Positions 1 to 11,650 of a DNA stretch of 64,000 nucleotides are shown here, one piece after another. The translations under genes and the position numbers were made by a program. The notes beneath the pieces were generated by a model. It saw only the letters and a program-made list of their open reading frames with translations. It was not told where the DNA came from and searched no databases. Numbering within the stretch: position 1 is the first letter of the stretch; every line of letters starts with the position of its first letter. Where the stretch lies: the NCBI RefSeq assembly GCF_030013205.1, contig NZ_CP122648.1. One strand, given 5' to 3'. Source of the stretch: Escherichia coli. Its GTDB lineage: Bacteria > Pseudomonadota > Gammaproteobacteria > Enterobacterales > Enterobacteriaceae.

Positions 1-330
1 CAGCCCCACTCCGCCCGGAGTTTTCGGGTTGTGACCGATCATGGTTGATTCGGTGATGATAGTTTCAGTGATGGTTTCCATCGCCACATCACCAATAACC
101 GGAGTTGCTTCGTTGATACGAATAAGCGAAATATCGCTAACATTGATGCCGACTTTTTTCGTTGCCTGTGCGAGCGCCTCCTGAATACCATGGACGTTAC
201 GCAACGTACCTTTAATTCCGGTGGTTTCCGCCAGGGCGCTACTCACGAACGACAACTCTCCAGTTGCACTGAGCGTTGCCAGCGCAATCTCTGTTGATGA
301 GTTGCCGATATCAATGCCTGCTATATATCG
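1..330 (-). CDS. pduG: diol dehydratase reactivase large subunit PduG, N-terminal part only (gene runs off the window start)
   Basis: Reverse-strand reading from ATG near 330 gives MRYIAGIDIGNSSTEIALA..., typical PduG/DhaF N-terminus; sits directly downstream of pduE in canonical pdu order. Confidence 0.7.
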
Positions 331-342
331 CATAGTTCGTCC

Positions 343-861
343 TTAATCGTCGCCTTTCAGTTTTTTGCGCTCGACATAAAGCTCCGCAGCTTCACGGACA
401 AATGCAGCACAAATTTTGGCCTGATAACGCCGTTCAAGATCGTCAGCAATGGCAATAAGTTCTTGCTTAGTCGAACGATAAGGGCGTAACGCATTGTAGA
501 TTTCGAGGATGCGATCATCCGGTACTGAGGTAAGCTCAGCGGCGCGTTCAAAATTCATCGCCAGGCGATCGCGACCAGCATCTCTGGCAATCGCGGCCTG
601 AATACGCAATGTTTCAGGGGTTATACGCATATCCTGGGCGGTGACGTTATCGCTGAGTACATTTTCCAGAGTGAAATCGTCGAGCGTTTTATTGGTCGCC
701 GTTTTAACCCATTCCGGATGTTTATTTGCCAGCGGATAATCCGTCACTTTGGCGCTCTGTATTGATGCGTTGGGGACCGCAGAAACAGAAGCTGCATCCT
801 GTAAACTGTTCATGCGGTTCAACACGTCCCTGACCATCGACTCAATTGCATCGGTATTCAT
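343..861 (-). CDS. pduE: propanediol dehydratase small (gamma) subunit
   Basis: 172 aa ORF; size and position after pduC/pduD match PduE. Confidence 0.85.
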   Translation of the reverse strand: MNTDAIESMVRDVLNRMNSLQDAASVSAVPNASIQSAKVTDYPLANKHPEWVKTATNKTLDDFTLENVLSDNVTAQDMRITPETLRIQAAIARDAGRDRLAMNFERAAELTSVPDDRILEIYNALRPYRSTKQELIAIADDLERRYQAKICAAFVREAAELYVERKKLKGDD

Positions 862-875
862 GAAGATTTCCTTTG

Positions 876-1544
876 TTAAAATGTCACGCGCAGTTCTTGC
901 GGTTTTTTGCCAGTGACCACGTACTTCGTCTCTTTGATATGCAAAATGGCAGATTTAGCTTGGTATTTCGGCCGCGCCATTTGATCGTTGAGGGTCGGCA
1001 CCGGTTGTGGAGACTCACGCTTTGCATAACGCGCGGCGTTTTTGCCAATCTGACGATAAGTTTCCAGCGTCAACAAAGGCGCTTGTGGGAATAGTTCCAG
1101 GTTAGACAAGGGAGGAAGACCCTGCTGGTGGATAACCGTTGTGCCTTTCGACTGAATACCGATAGCAATACCTGAACCACTAAGACGATCGCCTTCGACT
1201 GCTACGAATGCGACATCGGACGATTTAAAGCAGCGAATCACACGGGCTTTAATGCCTTCTTCTTCGATACCAGCAATCACTTCGCGCAAGATGTTTTTAT
1301 GCGGAATACCGATGATATTGACGGTTTGCGCCAGGCCGAACGCCGGGCCTACAGCAATAATGACTTCATCTTGCTGAGTGCCTTGTTGGGCTTCGCCAAT
1401 TTCGGTCAGAAAAGTTCCGGTATCTGGCGCGGAAGAGACAGTTGCACAGGCAGGTGCGCGAAATGAAACGGGCTTGTCGCTGGTTTGCATTTCTGCCAGC
1501 ACGTCTTCGATAATCTGACGCAGTAATTTTTCGTTAATTTCCAT
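876..1544 (-). CDS. pduD: propanediol dehydratase medium (beta) subunit
   Basis: 222 aa ORF between pduC and pduE; matches PduD size and order. Confidence 0.85.
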   Translation of the reverse strand: MEINEKLLRQIIEDVLAEMQTSDKPVSFRAPACATVSSAPDTGTFLTEIGEAQQGTQQDEVIIAVGPAFGLAQTVNIIGIPHKNILREVIAGIEEEGIKARVIRCFKSSDVAFVAVEGDRLSGSGIAIGIQSKGTTVIHQQGLPPLSNLELFPQAPLLTLETYRQIGKNAARYAKRESPQPVPTLNDQMARPKYQAKSAILHIKETKYVVTGKKPQELRVTF

Positions 1545-1553
1545 TTCTCACCC

Positions 1554-3218
1554 TTAGTCAATTTCGTTGGGATCAAGTGCACCGGGAATATTTTTGATCT
1601 CTTCCCAGCGTTCCCCTTGCAGGCGGTAACCTGTAGCCGGTCCGGCGTAATCATTGATGTCATTGACCGCTGAGAGCACTTGTCCGTCATCGACGATGAT
1701 GGCTGAGGTATGGAGATAATCGCCGGTCAGTTTTGCTTTTTGCATGTTGAGCATGTCCTGGGCGACATCGGTAAAACCGCCTTGCGCCAGGGCTTTCACC
1801 ACTTCCAGGCTGTTCCGGTTTTTATTGATAATCTCCTGGGCGAACTTGATGTCTTCCACAATATTGCGCTCAGGCATATCTTTTGATCCGTGGGCATAGG
1901 TTGCCGCTTCGACTTCTTCATCGGTAATAGGCGGTAGTCCCATACCGGCAAAGACAGCCTGTAAAGCGCGAGCGGCTTTATTGCGGATAGCGATAACATC
2001 TTCTTCGCGTACTGGTCGCAGGCCGCCATCAACCTTCAGGTCACGCTGAATGACGTTGTAATCATCGAAGTCTTCAGCATCTTCGTTTGAACCAGCAAAC
2101 ATGTTGTCGTAGTTCGGCACAGCGGAAAAACCGGAAGAGATAAAGTCGGTACCTGGCAGAAACTGCATCAGGAAACGTGCGGTACGGCGCATATCCGAGT
2201 GGGTAAAGGTCTGGTCATTACTGGAGGCGCATTCCAGATCCAGCGATGAGCAAATTAAGTTTTCCGCTAATACTGCGCGGATGCCTGATGGCACAGCCGA
2301 TGGAACACCGATGCAGCTTACCGAACCATTCTGTAGACCCTGAACTCCTGCGGCTTTGGTGATGTAAATGCAACGAGCCTCGAGATAAAGCATTGATTTG
2401 CCTTCTGCGTAACCCATCTGTACTTCAGAGCCGGAGCCGGAAGTAAAGCGCATTTTTAAGCCGCGAGACGCATAGGATGACGCGAGAAATCCTTTTGACC
2501 ACGGGGTGTTATCGCCATCGGTGAAAACAGGTTCTGTACCATAGACAGAAATTGTTTCGGCGTAACAGGTGTGGCCTAACATACCGAGTTTCAGTTCGGT
2601 GGCTTCTTCCAGTGAACACTGGGTCAAGACGCCCGGACGTCCCACCTGTGAGCCGACCAGCAGGGCGATGGCGTTGAACGGGGCATAGCGAGCAACGGCA
2701 ACGGTGGTTTCCTGTTCATCAAACCCGCGCCATGCGCCTTCAGCTGCGTCGGCGGCAATTTGTACCGGGTTATCTTTGACGTTGGTGACGTGAGCCTGTT
2801 GTGATGGTGTTCGACGGGCGCGCATTTTCTGCATCGCCATCATCATCTCTACCACGTTCATCTGCGAAACAACTTCGACGATTTTTGCAGGCGTCATTGC
2901 TGTGGTAAGGGGAACGATATCGCTACGTTTGACATTTGGATCGCACAACATATTGGCAAGTTTTACCGAATCCATCGCGATGACTTCTTCGGCGCGCGCG
3001 AGATTGATGCCGTAGCGGGCGATAAAGTGGTCGATCAGGTCAAACTGGCTGGCGGGTTTTCCATCCAGTTCGGTAACGACGCCGTTAACAATTTTGATTG
3101 ACGGTTTAGGATCGTTCGGGCTTTCCATCGCAATGAAGCCTTCTTCAATCCACTCTTTAACGAAACCGTCCTGGTTGACCGGGCGTTTTGCCAGTGCTTC
3201 AAATCTTTTCGATCTCAT
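1554..3218 (-). CDS. pduC: B12-dependent propanediol/glycerol dehydratase large (alpha) subunit
   Basis: 554 aa ORF starting MRSKRFEALAKRPVNQDGFVKEWIEEG..., the expected length and N-terminus of PduC. Confidence 0.92.
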   Translation of the reverse strand: MRSKRFEALAKRPVNQDGFVKEWIEEGFIAMESPNDPKPSIKIVNGVVTELDGKPASQFDLIDHFIARYGINLARAEEVIAMDSVKLANMLCDPNVKRSDIVPLTTAMTPAKIVEVVSQMNVVEMMMAMQKMRARRTPSQQAHVTNVKDNPVQIAADAAEGAWRGFDEQETTVAVARYAPFNAIALLVGSQVGRPGVLTQCSLEEATELKLGMLGHTCYAETISVYGTEPVFTDGDNTPWSKGFLASSYASRGLKMRFTSGSGSEVQMGYAEGKSMLYLEARCIYITKAAGVQGLQNGSVSCIGVPSAVPSGIRAVLAENLICSSLDLECASSNDQTFTHSDMRRTARFLMQFLPGTDFISSGFSAVPNYDNMFAGSNEDAEDFDDYNVIQRDLKVDGGLRPVREEDVIAIRNKAARALQAVFAGMGLPPITDEEVEAATYAHGSKDMPERNIVEDIKFAQEIINKNRNSLEVVKALAQGGFTDVAQDMLNMQKAKLTGDYLHTSAIIVDDGQVLSAVNDINDYAGPATGYRLQGERWEEIKNIPGALDPNEID

Positions 3219-3236
3219 AAATCTGCCTCAGAGAAT

Positions 3237-4049
3237 TCAGATGTAGGAAGGGCGATCGTTTTTCGGTGTATCGCCGAGAGTCGAAAGCACGGTTTTACCG
3301 ATTTCGCGTGCGGAGATGACCGCCTGGCGGACTGCGCCGGAGTCACCCGAGATAATCAGAATGACTTCATTGCTGTAGCTGGTGCCTTGAGCGGGGGAGC
3401 TGTATGCCACAACATCCACATTGGCGGACTTCAGCGCGGTGTCGGCCATCAGAACACCCACAGCAGCCGGAGCGCCGACAATAACGCCGCAAGCCCGTCC
3501 CAATGGTGCACCAAACGCTTTTTCCAGTGCATAGCTGGCGCGGGCGGTATATTGCAGCTCAAGATGTCCGGCTTCGTTGGCATAGACATCGCCAAAGGTC
3601 CGATCGAGTTCTTTCAGGGCGACTTCAATACCGCGTTTCACGTCGGAAACATCGTTGCCACCTAAGAGGATCAATGAGCCATGTCCGGCACCGCCTTTAG
3701 TATCCCGAGGAAGTTCAATGCTAATAATTTCAGTGTTGGTGGCTTTTACCGCTTCATCAGCGGCCATAATGTGTGGCCCTGCGCCAATACGCGCACCCAG
3801 AATGCCAATGGAACGATAGCGTTTTTCAAGTTTCATCGCGTCCAACAGGGCGCTATCAACGTTCGCAATGACCAGACCTACAGTGTCGCCAATAGCGGTG
3901 CCAACAAATTCTGTTAACGTGCAGCTTTTTTCTGCCATAGCCGTCTCTCGTATTTGATGAGTGGTTTTCGGGAGAACCTCATGCTCTGGCGTCGCTACGC
4001 GAGCGATGACCTGCGCCATGATCTGTTTGACCAGTTCATTGCTGCTCAT
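3237..4049 (-). CDS. pduB: microcompartment shell protein PduB
   Basis: 270 aa ORF with tandem BMC-like regions, between pduA and pduC. Confidence 0.85.
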   Translation of the reverse strand: MSSNELVKQIMAQVIARVATPEHEVLPKTTHQIRETAMAEKSCTLTEFVGTAIGDTVGLVIANVDSALLDAMKLEKRYRSIGILGARIGAGPHIMAADEAVKATNTEIISIELPRDTKGGAGHGSLILLGGNDVSDVKRGIEVALKELDRTFGDVYANEAGHLELQYTARASYALEKAFGAPLGRACGVIVGAPAAVGVLMADTALKSANVDVVAYSSPAQGTSYSNEVILIISGDSGAVRQAVISAREIGKTVLSTLGDTPKNDRPSYI

Positions 4050-4330
4050 GGGTTAATTCCCTTTGGTAAGATTTTTTCGACATCGGTATGTGGGCGGGGA
4101 ATAACATGTACGGCTTTTACTTCGCCGACGTTACGCGCAGCTGCGGCACCTGCGTCTGTTGCCGCTTTTACCGCCCCGACATCACCACGAACGATGACGG
4201 TCACCAGCCCGGAACCTATTTTTTCGTAGCCGACCAGCAAAACATTTGCCGACTTCACCATGGCGTCTGCGGCCTCTATGGCGGCAGTTAAGCCTTTGGT
4301 TTCTACCATTCCTAACGCTTCTTGTTGCAT
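4046..4330 (-). CDS. pduA: microcompartment shell protein PduA (BMC domain)
   Basis: 94 aa [33 protein letters not shown]..., classic BMC hexamer sequence; first gene of pdu operon. Confidence 0.9.
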   Translation of the reverse strand: MQQEALGMVETKGLTAAIEAADAMVKSANVLLVGYEKIGSGLVTVIVRGDVGAVKAATDAGAAAARNVGEVKAVHVIPRPHTDVEKILPKGINP

Positions 4331-4842
4331 AAAGACCTCGCCTGGATTTTTTTGACGATATGACTATAAAAAAAAGCGAGGAAAAAGAATGGCTGACTTA
4401 ATCGGCTAATGAGAAAAATTAATAGAGAACAAATATTATAAAATTGCTTTTATGAACTATATGTTGTTAATTTATTGGTTGTTTTGTGGGTGTTTCAATG
4501 TGAATTAATTGCGTTGGCTAGTGAGTTTAATCGCGAATAATATTTCGTTGAGTTTGGTTCGAAGGAAGGAACTGTGATATTTGTTTCAATTTTATTATGT
4601 CATGATGGCAATTTTTTATTGTAAAAGTTTGGTGGAAATTATTACTTTCAACACTGATTAACGCTGTGTTGCATGATTCGGCAATGACAATAATTTGTTA
4701 TGTTAGCACGATTTTTACACGAGTCTGTCATGCATGTTGGCAATATTTTCTGCAGAGCAATTTTTTATAGTTGCGCTCGGTATACACAACAATCAGCGCA
4801 TAGTTGGCTGATAAAGAAAAACTCCGTAAAGAAGGTGTCACT
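4331..4842. promoter_or_regulatory. divergent pduA / pduF-pocR control region (AT-rich intergenic)
   Basis: ~500 bp AT-rich non-coding spacer between divergently transcribed pduA and pduF; in Salmonella this region carries the PocR-dependent promoters. Confidence 0.5.
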
Positions 4843-5652
4843 ATGAATGATTCACTCAAGGCGCAATGCGTTGCCGAGTTTTTAGGCACCGGACTGTTCC
4901 TCTTTTTTGGCATTGGTTGTTTGTGCGCCCTGAAAGTTGCCGGGGCAAGTCTGGGACTGTGGGAAATTTGTATCATTTGGGGGTTAGGGATTTCGCTTGC
5001 TGTTTACCTTACGGCAGGTATTTCCGGCGCTCATCTCAACCCGGCAGTTACCATTGCTCTGTGGCTGTTTGCCTCTTTCCCAGCCCGTAAAGTGCTGCCA
5101 TTTTGTGTGGCGCAATTAGCGGGTGCCTTTGGTGGTGCGGTTCTGGCATATTCTCTATACAGCAATTTGTTTATCGATTTTGAATCTGCTCACAATATGG
5201 TGCGTGGTAGTGCAGAAAGTTTACAACTCGCCAGTATCTTCAGTACTTATCCTGCAGCGGCGATTAATGTATGGCAAGCTGCGTTGGTCGAAGTGGTCAT
5301 AACGTCCATGTTAATGGGGTTGATTATGGCGTTGACCGATGACGGTAATGGCGTACCCAAAGGACCGCTTGCGCCTTTACTTATTGGTATTCTGGTTGCT
5401 GTTATTGGTGCTTCTACCGGACCATTAACCGGTTTTGCCATGAATCCAGCGCGTGATTTTGGACCTAAAATTTTCACCTGGCTTGCGGGTTGGGGGGAAA
5501 TTGCGATGACTGGTGGACGCAATATTCCTTATTTCATTGTACCCATTATTGCACCGATCATTGGGGCATGTGTTGGTGCGGCGATTTATCGCTATCTCAT
5601 TGCAAAGAATTTACCTGTCAATAGTGTAACGCCTAAAGAAATTAGCGAATAA
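4843..5652 (+). CDS. pduF: propanediol diffusion facilitator (MIP/aquaporin family)
   Basis: ORF 4804-5652; likely start at internal ATG 4843 (MNDSLKAQC...) preceded by AAGAAGG; NPA-type channel motifs. Confidence 0.85.
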   Translation: MNDSLKAQCVAEFLGTGLFLFFGIGCLCALKVAGASLGLWEICIIWGLGISLAVYLTAGISGAHLNPAVTIALWLFASFPARKVLPFCVAQLAGAFGGAVLAYSLYSNLFIDFESAHNMVRGSAESLQLASIFSTYPAAAINVWQAALVEVVITSMLMGLIMALTDDGNGVPKGPLAPLLIGILVAVIGASTGPLTGFAMNPARDFGPKIFTWLAGWGEIAMTGGRNIPYFIVPIIAPIIGACVGAAIYRYLIAKNLPVNSVTPKEISE

Positions 5653-5854
5653 CGAAATAATCTGGCAGTTATAAACGTTTATTTTTTTACTGTTTGTGAT
5701 CTGCTTTCCGAACTTATTAAAAAGTCTCCCGCTTCACGGAGGCTTTTGTTATTGTCCTTTGTGCTTCTCGTGAGTAAATCATCAGGGATGATGTGAAGAT
5801 TAAATGTAAAACAATTGTTTTGCTATAACAATAAATTAACTGGGAGGTTTTATC

Positions 5855-6769
5855 ATGATTTCTGCGGCGACACTTAATTCAGAACTCATTAATAAAATCG
5901 CGCAGGATTTTGCGCAGGCGACCAGCCTTGCGGTTGTCGTGGTCAATATTCACGGCGATGAAATTTCCGAGCTGTTTAACTTCACTCCATTTTGTCAGAT
6001 GATGCGGCAACACCCTCAGCTAAGCACTCGATGTCGCATGAGCGATCGTTGTGGGGGCCTGGAAGCCTCTAAATCCGATCAGCCTTGTATTTATCGCTGT
6101 CATGCCGGATTAACCGATTTCTCTATTCCACTGGTAATCGCCGGGCATTTAGTCGGTTTTGTATTGTGCGGGCAAGTTCGTCTGCGTAATGATGATGTCG
6201 ATTTGGTCGATATTCTGAATGTCGATGATTGCTGGCAGGCAGATCCCGAATTACTTAATGAATTCCGCAAAGTTCCTGAGATGGATTACTCAAGAGTTAT
6301 GGCCTCTGCTGATTTGTTGAAGTTGATTGTGGAAAATTGCCTCAAAAAACAACTCAATTTTGTGGTTATTAAAGAGAACAAATCTCAGTCAGATTCGGTG
6401 CGCCAGACTCGTGCGCCTAATCCCCACGACAATAAAATGAAAAAAGCTTTACGCTATATTGATGCGCATTTATCAGACGATTTGCGTCTGGAAGATGTCG
6501 CCTCGCACGTTTATCTAAGTCCTTATTATTTCAGTAAGTTATTCAAGAAATACCATGGAATCGGTTTTAATGCGTGGGTAAACCAACAACGGATGGCCAG
6601 CGCTCGTGAGTTACTGTGCCATAGTGACTGGAGCATCGCCAGCATTGCGCGTAATTTAGGTTTTTCGCAAACCAGTTATTTTTGCAAAGTTTTCCGTCAA
6701 ACTTATCAGGTTACGCCGCAGGTGTATCGACAGCAAGTGAGTGAAAATGCGGCGATGGAAACGGTATAG
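5855..6769 (+). CDS. pocR: AraC-family regulator of pdu/cob regulon
   Basis: 304 aa ORF with C-terminal AraC HTH, positioned between pduF and the cob leader as in Salmonella. Confidence 0.85.
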   Translation: MISAATLNSELINKIAQDFAQATSLAVVVVNIHGDEISELFNFTPFCQMMRQHPQLSTRCRMSDRCGGLEASKSDQPCIYRCHAGLTDFSIPLVIAGHLVGFVLCGQVRLRNDDVDLVDILNVDDCWQADPELLNEFRKVPEMDYSRVMASADLLKLIVENCLKKQLNFVVIKENKSQSDSVRQTRAPNPHDNKMKKALRYIDAHLSDDLRLEDVASHVYLSPYYFSKLFKKYHGIGFNAWVNQQRMASARELLCHSDWSIASIARNLGFSQTSYFCKVFRQTYQVTPQVYRQQVSENAAMETV

Positions 6770-6869
6770 AGTAAATGCTAAAAAAAGGGAAGGTTTAAAT
6801 AAACGCTGGAATGAATAATTAACGTTATTTACGTGTTATGGGAAAAGTGAAATCAGCTCATAACATACG

Positions 6870-7035
6870 CTGACAGGTGTGGCACATTTGTGCCTGGGAA
6901 GAGGGTGAAAATCCCTCGCAGCCCCCGCTGCTGTAATGCTGACAAACCCGAAAATACCACTGATCGCGAGATTGGGAAGGTCGGGGGAGGATGACGCTAA
7001 GCCAGAAGACCAGCCTGTCAGTCAATACCAACAAC
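6870..7035 (+). promoter_or_regulatory. cobalamin (B12) riboswitch, cob operon leader
   Basis: Conserved riboswitch blocks read directly: gtgcctgggaag...gggtgaaaatccc...gcagcccccgctgctgtaa...B12 box gccagaagaccagcctg. Confidence 0.6.
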
Positions 7036-7181
7036 TTCGGTGGGAAGTGGGTTGCCCGGAAGCGTCCGGTAGAGTACCGGCGCGTCTTTATACCCCTACC
7101 ACCCTGAAAGGATCAGGGTATGGCGGCATCATTTAGTTCTTTCATCGCAGTGCCGACAGGCACCAGGGCTGCACTTAAGGT

Positions 7182-7688
7182 GTGGCAATCTTGTTTCATG
7201 GCTCATCAACCAGACCGACATTACAGGAAACTAAGTGGAGGGCGAGAGGCATGAAAACGATAAAACCCGAATCGATAGCTCTTTTTTGCCTCTTATCTGG
7301 AGATGTGGACCTGGCGAAACATCTGGCTGAAATATTGCCAATAACCTGTTTTGTTGGTGAGGACTGGCAGCAAGATTTCCAGCCTCTTGACGGTGGGCCT
7401 GTGCAATCGTTATCAGATGTGTATGGCGATTATTCAGTGCTGCTATTGATAGCAGCTGAAAGCGAGATATCCGTACCAGAATGGCTCGCTCATTCTGAAG
7501 GAACGACGGTAATTGTGATTGCAGAACACAATGCCCGTTTGCTGACTGGTCCGGCTGGTGGGGCTGTAGCATTAATCCATTATCTGAATGAAATCTGTCA
7601 TTCCAGAGAAACCGCTGTCAATGACGCATTTTGTCGTACGTTAACACGAGGAAGTCTGGCTATTCCGCAATGCCATCTTCTTTCGTAA
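7182..7688 (+). CDS. hypothetical protein; possibly a remnant left by deletion of cbiA-cbiP
   Basis: 168 aa ORF between riboswitch and cobU with no family I can assign; the position where cbi genes lie in Salmonella. Confidence 0.3.
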   Translation: MAILFHGSSTRPTLQETKWRARGMKTIKPESIALFCLLSGDVDLAKHLAEILPITCFVGEDWQQDFQPLDGGPVQSLSDVYGDYSVLLLIAAESEISVPEWLAHSEGTTVIVIAEHNARLLTGPAGGAVALIHYLNEICHSRETAVNDAFCRTLTRGSLAIPQCHLLS

Positions 7689-7820
7689 TGGATTGAGAAT
7701 GCTGGATTTTTAATTGTATTACGCGCAGTATTAATCGCGTAAATGTTTTGCGGTCAGCAACGGTGGGGATCCATTGTTCTGTTCAATGAATACCATCATA
7801 CAATTGAATCAGGAGTCGGT

Positions 7821-8366
7821 ATGATGATTTTGGTGACGGGGGGCGCACGGAGCGGGAAGAGTCGCCACGCAGAGGCGCTTATTGGGGACTCTTCACAGGT
7901 TCTGTATATCGCCACCTCTCAAATCCTTGATGATGAGATGGCTGCACGGATAGAACATCATCGGAAAGGCCGCCCGGCGCACTGGCGCACGGTGGAGCGC
8001 TGGCAACATCTTGATGAATTAATTCATGCAGACATTAACCCGCATGAAGCTGTGTTGCTGGAATGCGTTACCACAATGGTGACTAATCTGTTGTTTGATT
8101 ATGGCGGAGATAAAGACCCTGATGAATGGGATTATCAGGCGATGGAACAGGCGATTAATGCTGAGATTCAGTTGTTGATTGCTGCCTGCCAACGTTGCCC
8201 CGCGAAGATTGTATTAGTGACTAACGAAGTGGGAATGGGGATTGTGCCGGAGAGTCGTTTGGCACGACATTTTCGTGATATTGCCGGGCGGGTAAATCAG
8301 CAGCTGGCCGCTGCGGCAAATGAAGTGTGGCTGGTGGTTTCGGGTATTGGAGTAAAAATCAAATGA
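7821..8366 (+). CDS. cobU: adenosylcobinamide kinase / adenosylcobinamide-phosphate guanylyltransferase
   Basis: ORF 7743-8366; true start likely ATG 7821 ([19 protein letters not shown]-loop) preceded by AGGAG. Confidence 0.9.
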   Translation: MMILVTGGARSGKSRHAEALIGDSSQVLYIATSQILDDEMAARIEHHRKGRPAHWRTVERWQHLDELIHADINPHEAVLLECVTTMVTNLLFDYGGDKDPDEWDYQAMEQAINAEIQLLIAACQRCPAKIVLVTNEVGMGIVPESRLARHFRDIAGRVNQQLAAAANEVWLVVSGIGVKIK

Positions 8367-9106
8367 GTAAATTATTTTGGGCGATGCTCTCTTTTATTAC
8401 GCGTCTGCCTGTGCCGCGTCGCTGGTCCCAGGGACTGGATTTCGAGCATTATTCTCGCGGTATTATTACTTTTCCTTTAATTGGATTATTGCTTGGCGCG
8501 ATTAGCGGGCTGGTCTTCATGGTGCTGCAGGCATGGTGTGGCGTACCACTGGCGGCACTGTTTAGCGTACTTGTGCTGGCGCTTATGACCGGGGGATTCC
8601 ACCTGGACGGCCTCGCCGATACTTGTGATGGCGTATTTTCTGCACGTAGCCGCGATCGCATGTTGGAAATCATGCGTGATAGCCGTTTAGGTACCCACGG
8701 CGGTCTGGCATTGATTTTTGTTGTACTGGCAAAGATTTTGGTGTTAAGCGAGTTGGCTTTGCGTGGCGAACCGATCCTTGCATCGCTGGCGGCAGCATGC
8801 GCGGTCAGCCGCGGGACTGCCGCATTATTGATGTATCGTCATCGTTATGCCCGGGAAGAAGGGCTTGGCAATGTGTTCATTGGCAAAATTGATGGGCGAC
8901 AAACCTGCGTCACACTCGGTTTAGCCGCTATTTTTGCTGCTGTATTATTGCCAGGTATGCATGGTGTGGCTGCTATGGTGGTGACGATGGTGGCGATTTT
9001 CATCCTCGGTCAGCTTCTCAAACGTACGCTGGGCGGGCAAACCGGCGATACGCTGGGAGCAGCCATAGAGCTTGGTGAACTGGTCTTCCTGCTGGCACTG
9101 CTATAA
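8363..9106 (+). CDS. cobS: cobalamin 5'-phosphate synthase
   Basis: Start ATG overlaps cobU stop (ATGA); [16 protein letters not shown]..., polytopic membrane protein. Confidence 0.9.
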   Translation: MSKLFWAMLSFITRLPVPRRWSQGLDFEHYSRGIITFPLIGLLLGAISGLVFMVLQAWCGVPLAALFSVLVLALMTGGFHLDGLADTCDGVFSARSRDRMLEIMRDSRLGTHGGLALIFVVLAKILVLSELALRGEPILASLAAACAVSRGTAALLMYRHRYAREEGLGNVFIGKIDGRQTCVTLGLAAIFAAVLLPGMHGVAAMVVTMVAIFILGQLLKRTLGGQTGDTLGAAIELGELVFLLALL

Positions 9107-9117
9107 AGAGACGTGAC

Positions 9118-10197
9118 ATGCAAACACTTGCCGATTTACTGAATACGATCCCTGCCATCGATCCTGCCGCTATGTCGCGTGCACAACGGCATATCGACGG
9201 GTTACTCAAACCTGTTGGTAGCCTGGGAAGGCTGGAGGCGCTTGCCATACAACTGGCGGGAATGCCGGGGTTGAATGGCATACCGCATGTGGGCAAAAAA
9301 GCGGTACTGGTTATGTGTGCCGATCACGGCGTCTGGGAGGAAGGGGTCGCTATTTCCCCAAAAGAAGTGACAGCCATTCAGGCTGAAAATATGACCCGCG
9401 GAACAACCGGCGTGTGTGTGCTGGCAGCACAAGCGGGCGCTAACGTCCACGTAATTGATGTTGGTATTGATACTGCTGAGCCTATCCCCGGGCTTATCAA
9501 CATGCGTGTCGCACGAGGTAGCGGCAATATTGCTTCAGCTCCGGCAATGAGTCGCCGTCAGGCTGAAAAGTTGCTTTTGGACGTCATATGTTATACGCGG
9601 GAGCTGGCAAAAAACGGTGTCACGCTGTTTGGTGTAGGTGAACTGGGGATGGCAAACACGACACCGGCAGCAGCAATAGTCAGCACAATCACTGGCCGGG
9701 ATCCTGAAGAAGTGGTTGGGATTGGCGCAAACCTGCCGACAGATAAACTGGCTAATAAAATTGATGTTGTGCGTCGGGCGATTACGTTGAATCAACCAAA
9801 TCCTCAGGATGGTGTTGATGTCCTGGCAAAAGTGGGTGGATTTGATTTGGTCGGAATAGCTGGAGTGATGTTAGGTGCTGCTTCCTGCGGTTTACCCGTG
9901 TTGCTGGATGGATTTCTTTCTTATGCTGCTGCGCTCGCAGCCTGCCAGATGTCTCCTGCAATCAAACCGTATCTCATTCCTTCTCACTTGTCGGCAGAAA
10001 AAGGCGCGCGTATAGCGCTGTCGCATTTGGGGCTGGAGCCTTATCTCAATATGGATATGCGTTTAGGTGAGGGGAGTGGTGCAGCTCTGGCGATGCCCAT
10101 CATCGAAGCTGCTTGTGCGATATACAACAACATGGGCGAACTTGCTGCCAGTAATATTGTTCTACCGGGGAATACGACTTCTGATTTGAACAGTTAA
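9118..10197 (+). CDS. cobT: nicotinate-nucleotide--dimethylbenzimidazole phosphoribosyltransferase
   Basis: 359 aa ORF directly after cobS; matches CobT length and sequence. Confidence 0.9.
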   Translation: MQTLADLLNTIPAIDPAAMSRAQRHIDGLLKPVGSLGRLEALAIQLAGMPGLNGIPHVGKKAVLVMCADHGVWEEGVAISPKEVTAIQAENMTRGTTGVCVLAAQAGANVHVIDVGIDTAEPIPGLINMRVARGSGNIASAPAMSRRQAEKLLLDVICYTRELAKNGVTLFGVGELGMANTTPAAAIVSTITGRDPEEVVGIGANLPTDKLANKIDVVRRAITLNQPNPQDGVDVLAKVGGFDLVGIAGVMLGAASCGLPVLLDGFLSYAAALAACQMSPAIKPYLIPSHLSAEKGARIALSHLGLEPYLNMDMRLGEGSGAALAMPIIEAACAIYNNMGELAASNIVLPGNTTSDLNS

Positions 10198-10258
10198 AAA
10201 CGAAAAGTCTGATAAAAGCTATACTTAACCGATAGCTTTCGCGACTTAGGAAAGGGAC

Positions 10259-11194
10259 ATGATGCGTCGTGTAAATATTTTTTGCTCATTTGCTCTACTT
10301 TTTGCCAGCCATAATAGCCTGGCGGTAACTTATCCATTACCTCCAGAGGGTAGCCGTTTAGTGGGACAGTCGCTTACTGTAACTGTTCCTGATCACAATA
10401 CCCAGCCGCTGGAGACTTTTGCCGCACAATACGGGCAAGGGTTAAGTAACATGCTGGAAGCGAATCCGGGCGCTGATGTTTTCTTGCCGAAGTCAGGCTT
10501 GCAACTCACCATTCCGCAGCAACTGATTTTGCCCGCCACTGTTCGTAAAGGGATTGTGGTTAACGTCGCTGAGATGCGTCTTTATTACTACCCACCAGAC
10601 AGTAATACTGTGGAGGTTTTTCCTATTGGTATCGGCCAGGCTGGGCGAGAAACCCCGCGTAACTGGGTGACTACCGTTGAACGTAAACAAGAAGCACCAA
10701 CCTGGACGCCAACGCCGAACACCCGGCGCGAATATGCGAAACGAGGGGAGAGTTTGCCCGCATTTGTTCCTGCGGGGCCCGATAATCCCATGGGGCTGTA
10801 CGCGATTTATATTGGCAGGTTGTATGCCATCCACGGTACCAATGCCAATTTTGGTATTGGGCTCCGGGTAAGTCAGGGCTGTATTCGTCTGCGCAATGAC
10901 GATATCAAATATCTGTTTGATAATGTTCCTGTAGGTACTCGTGTGCAACTTATTGATCAGCCAGTGAAATACACAACGGAACCGGATGGTTCAAAGTGGC
11001 TGGAAGTTCATGAGCCGCTGTCGCGCAATCGTGCTGAATATGAGTCTGACCGAAAAGTGCCATTGCCGGTAACCCCATCTTTGCGGGCGTTTATCAACGG
11101 GCAAGAAGTTGATGTGAATCGCGCAAATGCTGCGTTGCAACGTCGATCGGGAATGCCTGTGCAAATTAGTTCTGGTTCAAGACAGATGTTTTAA
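10259..11194 (+). CDS. ldtA: L,D-transpeptidase LdtA (ErfK)
   Basis: 311 aa ORF with signal peptide and YkuD catalytic region (HGTN...GCIRL). Confidence 0.9.
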   Translation: MMRRVNIFCSFALLFASHNSLAVTYPLPPEGSRLVGQSLTVTVPDHNTQPLETFAAQYGQGLSNMLEANPGADVFLPKSGLQLTIPQQLILPATVRKGIVVNVAEMRLYYYPPDSNTVEVFPIGIGQAGRETPRNWVTTVERKQEAPTWTPTPNTRREYAKRGESLPAFVPAGPDNPMGLYAIYIGRLYAIHGTNANFGIGLRVSQGCIRLRNDDIKYLFDNVPVGTRVQLIDQPVKYTTEPDGSKWLEVHEPLSRNRAEYESDRKVPLPVTPSLRAFINGQEVDVNRANAALQRRSGMPVQISSGSRQMF

Positions 11195-11215
11195 GAGCGT
11201 TGGTAATTAGAAAGC

Positions 11216-11244
11216 AAAAAGCCTGCTAGAAAGCAGGCTTTTTT
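11216..11244. terminator. bidirectional rho-independent terminator between ldtA and asnV
   Basis: Hairpin gcctgct-agaa-agcaggc flanked by A-run and T-run. Confidence 0.6.
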
Positions 11245-11249
11245 GAATT

Positions 11250-11325
11250 TGGCTCCTCTGACTGGACTCGAACCAGTGACATACGGATTAACAGTCCGCC
11301 GTTCTACCGACTGAACTACAGAGGA
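11250..11325 (-). tRNA. asnV: tRNA-Asn (GUU)
   Basis: Reverse complement of tcctctgtagttcagtcggtagaacggcggactGTTaatccg...ggagcca; identical to the three other Asn tRNA copies in the window. Confidence 0.9.
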
Positions 11326-11579
11326 ATCGTGTGAATGGGGCGCATATTAATGGCAGTACATGGTGATGTCAAAGGGTGAAATGCATTTTTTTGTTTGTTT
11401 GCTGTCAATTTCAACAAAGTGGTGAGCTTTCAATCTTATTGGTAATGAACCATCGTGGTGCATACCCTCCTTTTATAGGGCAGGGGAACGCGACAGCTGA
11501 TAAAAAGAGCCAATGACGAACCTATCATAATCTCTTATTTGACAGTTGCTTAGCTTGTACATCAACGCCAAAATAAAAC

Positions 11580-11595
11580 TGGCAAGCATCTTGCA
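11580..11595 (+). promoter_or_regulatory. sigma-54 (-24/-12) promoter of nac
   Basis: tGGcaagcatcttGCa with correct GG-to-GC spacing ~55 bp upstream of the nac start; nac is known to be sigma-54/NtrC dependent. Confidence 0.55.
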
Positions 11596-11650
11596 ATCTG
11601 GTTGTAAGTAATGGCGGCACTTGGGCCGATTCTTAAAAACCGGAGGCAAC

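Noticed and set aside
7743-7820. Upstream extension of cobU (ORF called from 7743) and of yeeO (from 13741), nac (from 11621), cobS (from 8327), amn (to 29158), mtfA (to 38854)
   Set aside because: Each has an internal start giving the known protein N-terminus, usually with a better Shine-Dalgarno sequence; the extensions run into neighbouring genes or tRNAs.
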